DNA from: an uncultured Gammaproteobacteria bacterium
GTDB lineage: Bacteria; Pseudomonadota; Gammaproteobacteria; SZUA-229
DNA length: 64,000 nucleotides
Assembly (NCBI GenBank): GCA_963807625.1
Contig: CAWECN010000013.1
Coordinates: 2,258-66,257, forward strand
Reading direction: 5' to 3'
Shown piece by piece: positions 57,259 to 64,000 of the stretch. Within the stretch, counting starts at the first letter, position 1, and the number at the start of each line of letters is the position of its first letter. The notes below the pieces were generated by a model, which was given only the letters and a program-made list of their open reading frames with translations, ran no database searches and had not been told where the DNA came from. The position numbers were made by a program, and so were the translations under genes.

Positions 57259-59307
57259 ATGATGTCATTTATCAACAAGCTTCCGCGTCTGCATCTCTAT
57301 GTTCTGACAGTTTTATGTCTGTTTCTTGTCATACAGACAGGTCTGCGATTAATCTTCTGGCTGAAGTTTAATAATCCGGAAGACCCGGTATTGACGGGCG
57401 ACCTTATCTGGTCGTTCTACCTGGGGATGAAATTTGACCTGCAGGCGTCTCTCGGTACCCTGTTGCCGGTACTGATACTGGGCTGGATAAAACCCTTGCA
57501 CCCGGTGTACAGCAGGTTCGGTAAACGCCTGTGGGCGGTTTATATCAGCCTGGCGTTTATCGTGATGTACCTGGTCTATATCACTGATGCCGGGCATTAT
57601 GCATACCTGCAACAACGCTTGAATGCCACTGCATTACGTTTTCTCGAGAATCCTTTCATATCGGCCAACATGGTATGGGAGACCTACCCGGTGATCAGCG
57701 GCGGGCTGATCTTTATCCTGGTCAATGCGATCACCATCTACCTGTTCCTGAAACTTACCGGCCTGATCAACAGTACTGACGCTGATTCGGCTTACTGGTC
57801 TGATAAACGCTGGTATCAAAAAACTGCGCTGGTCTTTGTTACGATCTTTGTCGTATTTTTCGGTCTGATGGCAAAGATCTCCTGGTACCCGTTACGCTGG
57901 AGTGACGCTTTTTTCAGCACCCATGCATATAGCGCACAACTGGCCTCGAACCCCGTTATCTATTTTTCAAACACCCTGAAAAACGTCGCCGAAACCTACG
58001 ACCTGGAAGCGGCAAAACGAGCTTACCCAGTGATGACTGACTACCTGGGTATCCAGCAGCCCCAACGATCAGCCGATGGCCCGCTGAATTACGATCGTTA
58101 TCATGAGTATGCTCATAGCGCTGGCATGACAAACAGCAAAACCAATGTCATCGTCGTCATCCTCGAATCTTTCGCCTCGTACAAGACCAGCCTGTCCGGC
58201 AACCCGCTGCAGCCGACACCTAATATTGAAAGACTGGCCAACGAAGGTTATTTCTTTAAAAACTTCTTTACCCCGAGCACCGGCACTGCACGTTCAATCT
58301 GGACCTTTGTTACCGGCCTGCCTGATATCGAAAAGAACAAAACCTCCAGCCGTAATCCGCTTATCGTCGACCAGCACACCATCATCAACGCATTCAAGGA
58401 TCACAGGAAACTCTACTTCCTGGGCGGCAGCGCAAGCTGGGCTAATGTTCGCGGCCTGTTATCATCAAATCTTCCCAGTCTCAGGCTGTTCGAAGAAGGC
58501 AGTTATGACTCGCCGGACATCGACGTCTGGGGCATCTCGGACCTCAGCCTTTTCCGTGAAGCGAATGCGGTCCTCAAAGAAGTGGCCCAGCCTTTTTTCG
58601 CGATAATTCAGACCTCTGGCAACCACCGCCCCTACACCATACCGGATGATAACGAAGGTTTTGTCACCTGGTCGGAAGACGACCTGCAGTACGACGTCAG
58701 GAAATACGGCTTTCAGTCACTGGAAGAACTTAACTCATTTCGTTTCATGGACCACAGCATCGGGCATTTCATGAAGATCGCAGAAAAAGAACCTTATTTT
58801 GAAAACACGCTTTTTGTCTTCTTCGGTGACCATGGAATCCACGCCCCTACCGGCGCGCATATACCTGCCTATGAAGCACAGCTCAACATGCAGGGGCTAC
58901 GAGTCCCCCTGGTTTTATATGGAAAAAGCGTTATCGGCAACAGCAGAGTCTTTGATACAATAGCCAGCGAAGTCGACGTACTCCCAACCATTGCTGCGAT
59001 AACCAGGACCAGTTACCTGAATACCACGATCGGCAGGGATCTGACCGATGCTGCATTTGATGACGATCGTTATGCATTCACCATCGAACATGGCAGCGGA
59101 CGGACTATCGGGTTAATATCGGATGACTATTATCTGCTGATGAGGCCGGATGGCAGCAGCAAACGGCTGCATCATCTGACGGGGGACGATGCACGGACCG
59201 ACGTATCAGCGAAGGATGCTGAAATTGCAGAATTAATGACTCGAAAATTGACTGCGATCTGGGACACGGTCCGTTATATGCGAGAAAATAATAAACCAGA
59301 ACAATAA
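57259..59307 (+). CDS. LTA-synthase/sulfatase-like membrane protein (phosphoglycerol- or phosphoethanolamine-transferase type)
   Basis: Five N-terminal TM helices plus an extracytoplasmic alkaline-phosphatase-superfamily domain (VIVVILESFASY...; GDHG). Confidence 0.7.
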   Translation: MMSFINKLPRLHLYVLTVLCLFLVIQTGLRLIFWLKFNNPEDPVLTGDLIWSFYLGMKFDLQASLGTLLPVLILGWIKPLHPVYSRFGKRLWAVYISLAFIVMYLVYITDAGHYAYLQQRLNATALRFLENPFISANMVWETYPVISGGLIFILVNAITIYLFLKLTGLINSTDADSAYWSDKRWYQKTALVFVTIFVVFFGLMAKISWYPLRWSDAFFSTHAYSAQLASNPVIYFSNTLKNVAETYDLEAAKRAYPVMTDYLGIQQPQRSADGPLNYDRYHEYAHSAGMTNSKTNVIVVILESFASYKTSLSGNPLQPTPNIERLANEGYFFKNFFTPSTGTARSIWTFVTGLPDIEKNKTSSRNPLIVDQHTIINAFKDHRKLYFLGGSASWANVRGLLSSNLPSLRLFEEGSYDSPDIDVWGISDLSLFREANAVLKEVAQPFFAIIQTSGNHRPYTIPDDNEGFVTWSEDDLQYDVRKYGFQSLEELNSFRFMDHSIGHFMKIAEKEPYFENTLFVFFGDHGIHAPTGAHIPAYEAQLNMQGLRVPLVLYGKSVIGNSRVFDTIASEVDVLPTIAAITRTSYLNTTIGRDLTDAAFDDDRYAFTIEHGSGRTIGLISDDYYLLMRPDGSSKRLHHLTGDDARTDVSAKDAEIAELMTRKLTAIWDTVRYMRENNKPEQ

Positions 59308-59336
59308 ACGAAAGTGATCACACAGGAAATATATAC

Positions 59337-60686
59337 ATGAACATCTCAGTCATTGGCACCGGTTATGTAGGGCTTGTAACAGGCACCTGTTTTGCAGAGA
59401 TGGGACACAATGTCATCTGCGTTGATATCGATGAGACCAAGATCACCAATCTGAAAAATGGCATCATGCCGATCTATGAGCCTGGCCTGGAAGAGATGGT
59501 GGTAAAGAACGCCAATGAGAACCGCCTGCACTTCACCACGGATATCAAGGAAGCATCTGAGAAGTCATCCATACACTTCATCGCTGTTGGCACGCCACCG
59601 GGCGCCGATGATGCTGCAGACCTGCGTTTTGTACAGGAGGTCGCTCGCCAGTTGGGCCAGACCATGACAGCGAACTATAACGTCGTGGTAGACAAATCGA
59701 CCGTCCCTGTGGGTACCGCTGATAAAGTCAGAGCGATCATCGATGAAGAGATTAAAACACGAAATCTCGATATCGAATTTGACGTAGTCAGCAACCCGGA
59801 ATTTCTGAAAGAAGGCACCGCCATCGATGACTTCATGAATCCCGACCGTGTCGTGATCGGTGCTGACAGTGAACGCGGTCGCAAGATCATGCATGGCCTC
59901 TACGCACCATTTACACCGAGCCATGAACGCATCCTGATCATGGGCGTGCGTGGCGCCGAGATGACCAAGTACGCATCGAACGCCATGCTGGCAACCAAGA
60001 TCTCCTTCATGAACGAGATTGCCGAATTATGTGAAAAACTCGATGTCGATATAGAAGACGTCCGCCATGGCATGGGATCTGACTCACGTATCGGTTATGA
60101 ATTCATCTACCCTGGCTGCGGTTATGGCGGTTCCTGCTTCCCTAAAGACGTCAAAGCACTGGTGAGGATGGCGGCAGAAAATGATGTGCCATACAATGTA
60201 CTGGATGCCGTCGAAGTACGTAATCAACGTCAGAAAGAACGCATGTTCGTGAAGATCAACGATTTCTACAATGGCGATGTAAGCGGCAAGACATTCTGCA
60301 TGTGGGGACTGGCGTTCAAACCGGGCACCGATGACATGCGTGAAGCACCATCGCTGCAGATCATAAACGACCTTGTTAATGCTGGCGCTAAGGTTCAAGC
60401 GTATGACCCGGTGGCAAAAGAAACCGCAACGATCGATATCCCGAATGAATGGCTCAACGATGGCCGCGTACAGATACTTGACGACCAGTACCAGGCGATG
60501 GAATCTACCGATGCCCTGATCCTGGTTACAGAATGGAAGCAGTTCAGAAACCCTGACTTTAATTATATTAAAGAGAAGTTATCCGAACCGGTTATCTTCG
60601 ACGGCCGTAACCAATATGATCCAGAATTGATGGCCAGCTTCGGCATAACCTATTCCGGCATCGGACGCACCAATAGCGACAACTGA
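59337..60686 (+). CDS. ugd: UDP-glucose 6-dehydrogenase
   Basis: N-terminal Rossmann motif ISVIGTGYVGLVTG, catalytic Cys region GGSCFPKDV, and a C-terminal UDP-binding domain. Confidence 0.85.
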   Translation: MNISVIGTGYVGLVTGTCFAEMGHNVICVDIDETKITNLKNGIMPIYEPGLEEMVVKNANENRLHFTTDIKEASEKSSIHFIAVGTPPGADDAADLRFVQEVARQLGQTMTANYNVVVDKSTVPVGTADKVRAIIDEEIKTRNLDIEFDVVSNPEFLKEGTAIDDFMNPDRVVIGADSERGRKIMHGLYAPFTPSHERILIMGVRGAEMTKYASNAMLATKISFMNEIAELCEKLDVDIEDVRHGMGSDSRIGYEFIYPGCGYGGSCFPKDVKALVRMAAENDVPYNVLDAVEVRNQRQKERMFVKINDFYNGDVSGKTFCMWGLAFKPGTDDMREAPSLQIINDLVNAGAKVQAYDPVAKETATIDIPNEWLNDGRVQILDDQYQAMESTDALILVTEWKQFRNPDFNYIKEKLSEPVIFDGRNQYDPELMASFGITYSGIGRTNSDN

Positions 60687-60701
60687 CAAATACGGATAAA
60701 G

Positions 60702-61640
60702 ATGACTAAAAAACGCATTTTAGTTACCGGTGGCGCTGGCTTCCTCGGTACCAATTTAACCAGACGCCTGCTCGACGATGGGCATCACGTCATCAGCCTG
60801 GATAACTATCTATCTGGCCTGAAACAGAATGTAGCGATATTTGAAGATCACCCTGATTATGAGTTCATCGAGCATGACATCATAGAGCCGATAGATCTCC
60901 AGGTCGATGAGATATACAACCTGGCCTGCGCAGGTTCACCGCCCAAATATCAGGAAAACCCGATACACACCACTAAGACAAACGTGTATGGCATCATCAA
61001 TATGCTGGAGCTGGCAAGAAAAAATGATGCCCGGATAATGCAGGCGTCGACTTCAGAGGTTTATGGTAATCCGGATGTACACCCACAGGTCGAAAGCTAC
61101 CAGGGCAACGTCAACACGCATGGCATCCGCTCCTGCTATGACGAAGGAAAACGCTGTGCTGAGTCATTGTGTTTTGATTACATGCGTCGCTTTGGTGTAA
61201 AGATAAAAGTCGCCCGCATATTCAATACCTATGGCCCATACATGGATGCCGAAGATGGCAGGGTAGTATCAAATTTTATCGTACAGGCGATCAACGGAAA
61301 ATCTCCGACCATATATGGTGATGGCTCGCAGACGCGTTCCTTCTGTTATGTAGATAACCTCATTGAGGCCTTCGTACGCCTGATGGCATCACGCGATGAC
61401 TTCTATGGCCCGGTGAATACCGGTAACCCGGGCGAATTCACCGTGAAAGAACTGGCAGAGAAAGTCATCGAGATGACTGCTGCCGATGTAGAGGTTACCT
61501 ACCATCCGCTACCGCAGGATGACCCGACTGTGAGATGCCCGGATATCACCCTGGCACAGAAAGAACTCGGCTGGACACCGGACATACCGTTACAGGAAGG
61601 CCTGGTCAAAACCATCGAATATTTCAAGGGCATCAATTGA
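60702..61640 (+). CDS. UDP-glucuronate decarboxylase (UDP-xylose synthase, short-chain dehydrogenase family)
   Basis: [12 protein letters not shown] Rossmann motif, STSEVYG, catalytic YxxxK region (YDEGKRCAE), and length 312 aa. It is adjacent to ugd. Confidence 0.8.
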   Translation: MTKKRILVTGGAGFLGTNLTRRLLDDGHHVISLDNYLSGLKQNVAIFEDHPDYEFIEHDIIEPIDLQVDEIYNLACAGSPPKYQENPIHTTKTNVYGIINMLELARKNDARIMQASTSEVYGNPDVHPQVESYQGNVNTHGIRSCYDEGKRCAESLCFDYMRRFGVKIKVARIFNTYGPYMDAEDGRVVSNFIVQAINGKSPTIYGDGSQTRSFCYVDNLIEAFVRLMASRDDFYGPVNTGNPGEFTVKELAEKVIEMTAADVEVTYHPLPQDDPTVRCPDITLAQKELGWTPDIPLQEGLVKTIEYFKGIN

Positions 61641-61677
61641 TAGCGAGCCCCGACTCAAACCAAATGGCTACTATCTA

Positions 61678-62439
61678 ATGGCAAAGATCAGCGCCTGCAT
61701 CATCTCTTTCAATGAAGAGAAAAAAATCGAAGACTGCTTAAAGAGTCTCGTAGGCATCGCTGATGAGATCATCGTCGTTGATTCCAACAGTACCGATAAC
61801 ACCGTAGAGATCGCACGAAAATATACCGACAGGATAATCCTGCAGGACTTTCTCGGCTTCATCGAACAGAAGAACTTCGCCGTACAACAGGCGCAGAACG
61901 ACTGGATACTCAGCCTGGACTGCGACGAGAGACTGTCGCCCGAATTGCAGAGTGCAATAACTGACATCAAGAGCACTATCGAAAAGGCTGACGCCTACAA
62001 GATGCCAAGAAAAACTTTTTATATTTACCGCTGGCTGAACCACTGCTGGTATCCCGACCTCAAGATCAGGTTATTCAATAAGAATAACGCACACTGGGGT
62101 GGCACTAACCCGCATGACCACATCGTTACCTCGGCCACCAACATCGTTCAGTTACCCGGCGATCTATATCACTATTCGTTCGACAGCATATCGGACCACC
62201 TCAAGACCATAGACAGTTTCACAGAAATCGGCGCAGATGAACTGGTCAGAAAAAATAAACCGGTCACCGTATTTAGCCCACTTACCCATTCGAGCTGGAC
62301 TTTTTTAAAACTATACATATTCAAACGCGGATTTCTTGATGGTTTTGCAGGACTGATCGTTTCCGTACTGTCTTATATGCATGTATTCATTAAATACAGC
62401 AAAGCGTACATAAAATACAAACAGGCAAAACAGAGATGA
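61678..62439 (+). CDS. Glycosyltransferase family 2
   Basis: ISACIISFNEE...VVDSNSTDNT and a DCDE (DxD) motif. Confidence 0.8.
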   Translation: MAKISACIISFNEEKKIEDCLKSLVGIADEIIVVDSNSTDNTVEIARKYTDRIILQDFLGFIEQKNFAVQQAQNDWILSLDCDERLSPELQSAITDIKSTIEKADAYKMPRKTFYIYRWLNHCWYPDLKIRLFNKNNAHWGGTNPHDHIVTSATNIVQLPGDLYHYSFDSISDHLKTIDSFTEIGADELVRKNKPVTVFSPLTHSSWTFLKLYIFKRGFLDGFAGLIVSVLSYMHVFIKYSKAYIKYKQAKQR

Positions 62440-63578
62440 ACGTACTCGAACTGTGCCTCTCAGCCGGACTTGGCGGACTTGAGCTTTATGTTTTTCGTTC
62501 GAGTGTCGCCCTGGCTAACAGCCAGTCAACACAAAATACAGTAATTCCTGTTTTAACACATGGCAGTAAACTGAATCATTACTATAAAGACCACGCCAGT
62601 TTTAACATTCAATATATAAAACATTTCTTCAGCCCCCTGCCATTGCTAAACGCCAGAAAACTGGCTGCCATCATCGACGATAATAATATCGACGTCATCC
62701 ACATGCACTGGGGAAAAGATCTGCCGCTAGCTGCATTTGCCAAGGCCTTCTCTAAAAGAAAACCAGCTATCGTCTACACCAGGCAGATGATGATCACCCG
62801 TGCAAAAAATGATTTCTACCATAACTTTCTCTATCGCCAGCTGGACCTGATGCTGACGATCACGAATGAACTCGAAGGACTTTGCAAAAAGTTTATTCCT
62901 TCATTCGCAGATAAGATTACGACTCTTTATTACGGCGTTAAGAGACCCGAACAGATCCTTGACGATGCAGATATTCGACAGCAGAGAGAGAAGCTAGGCT
63001 TATCCAGAAATGATTTCGTCGCCGGATTAATAGGCCGGCTAGAAGAAAGTAAGGGTCAGCACATACTGATAGACGCAATACACAGCGCAAAACAGAATGG
63101 TCACGAGATAAAGGCCTTCATCGTCGGTCACGAGATGAACCCGGGTTACCGAGACACTCTCAAAAGCCGGGCGAACGATCTTGGCGTTCTTGATAACATC
63201 GTTTTTCAGGATTTTACCAGTGAACCGCAGCAATTAATGCAGCTATGCGACTGTGTCATACTGGCATCTGGCCAGGAAACGTTCGGACTGGTACTGCCCG
63301 AAGCCATGCGTGCCGGTGTCGCCGTCATCGGCAGCAATAGCGGTGGCGTCCCGGAGATAATCGATCACGACAAAACAGGGCTGCTGTTCGAAACACAAAA
63401 CTCAAACAGCCTGTACCAGCAACTCGAGCGGTTATACCTGGATGCCAATTTTAAAGATGACATTGCAAAACAGGGGAAACTTAGTGCAGACCAACGCTTC
63501 GATAATGAGACGCATTTTCGAAAACTTGAACAACACCTTATATCAGCGAAAGATTATCGCAATAACACAACATCATGA
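62436..63578 (+). CDS. Glycosyltransferase family 4
   Basis: C-terminal GT4 core E(x7)E-type motif (ETFGLVLPEAMRAGVAVIGSNSGGVPEII). Confidence 0.8.
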   Translation: MNVLELCLSAGLGGLELYVFRSSVALANSQSTQNTVIPVLTHGSKLNHYYKDHASFNIQYIKHFFSPLPLLNARKLAAIIDDNNIDVIHMHWGKDLPLAAFAKAFSKRKPAIVYTRQMMITRAKNDFYHNFLYRQLDLMLTITNELEGLCKKFIPSFADKITTLYYGVKRPEQILDDADIRQQREKLGLSRNDFVAGLIGRLEESKGQHILIDAIHSAKQNGHEIKAFIVGHEMNPGYRDTLKSRANDLGVLDNIVFQDFTSEPQQLMQLCDCVILASGQETFGLVLPEAMRAGVAVIGSNSGGVPEIIDHDKTGLLFETQNSNSLYQQLERLYLDANFKDDIAKQGKLSADQRFDNETHFRKLEQHLISAKDYRNNTTS

Positions 63579-64000
63579 AACTCTGGGGCAGCAAAGGCGT
63601 CTGGAGCCGCAAAAATACAGAACAAAAGATTAAAGATATATCTTTTTCTGATATAAAAAAGATTGCCATACTGCGTCATGCTGCTTTAGGAGATATGGTA
63701 CTAACACGCAGCTTCATCATAGAAGCACGCAAGGCCTTCCCGAATGCTGTAATAACGATCAGTGTTGTGAGCAACTACACCCGGGGGACACCCGAGGACC
63801 TTGTTGACCGTGTTCATGTCGTACATGGCTCTGATAACAGAAACGTTTCAATTATCGAACAATACAAACGGATTAAAGAACTGGGCGAGCAAGATATTAT
63901 TTTTGACCAGGCATCATCAAGCCGTTCAACCATGACATGCTTGCTGAACCGCGCTACTTTAAAGATAGGTTTCCCCTATAGAAAACTTCAGGCCATGTTC
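63575..64000 (+). CDS. Glycosyltransferase family 9 (heptosyltransferase), 5' portion; continues past the window end
   Basis: ILRHAALGDMVLTRSF motif. Its ATGA start overlaps the GT4 stop. No stop occurs before position 64000. Confidence 0.6.
   Translation, partial: MKLWGSKGVWSRKNTEQKIKDISFSDIKKIAILRHAALGDMVLTRSFIIEARKAFPNAVITISVVSNYTRGTPEDLVDRVHVVHGSDNRNVSIIEQYKRIKELGEQDIIFDQASSSRSTMTCLLNRATLKIGFPYRKLQAMF

Overview
The window reads as a chromosomal segment of a Gram-negative, probably gammaproteobacterial genome: it carries LPS genes (lpxL-type, waaA, kdkA, kdsB), tolC, pcm, thiC, dgkA and an ABC-F ATPase. I count about 55 protein-coding genes. I found no rRNA, tRNA, CRISPR array, transposase or integrase. 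Three blocks stand out. (1) 1-14.7 kb: a giant secreted, DUF11-type repeat, adhesin-like gene on the minus strand. It is missing from the ORF track because it runs off the window edge. Directly upstream of it lies a co-directional nine-gene operon of TolQ/ExbB, two TolR/ExbD, a TonB-C-domain protein with a long cytoplasmic N-terminus, a small secreted protein and three or four TPR proteins. This has the architecture of the Agl-Glt/Nfs-like 'core complex' homologues, whose role outside myxobacteria is unknown. (2) 15-48 kb: housekeeping genes interleaved with accessory-looking genes. These are a GGDEF-EAL enzyme; an orphan UmuD-like S24 peptidase; a TPP-enzyme / GT-A-like / sulfotransferase-like / methyltransferase cluster; a diiron ferritin-like + zinc-ribbon + U32 trio; a papain-like C1 peptidase fused to an alpha/beta-hydrolase; a P-type ATPase flanked by 18-bp direct repeats; and thiC with a long leader. 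(3) 48-64 kb: tolC and an LPS inner-core/modification cluster in which waaA carries at least two, probably three, +1 frameshifts at homopolymers. The ORF track appears to print M for TTG/GTG starts, so several starts are uncertain.
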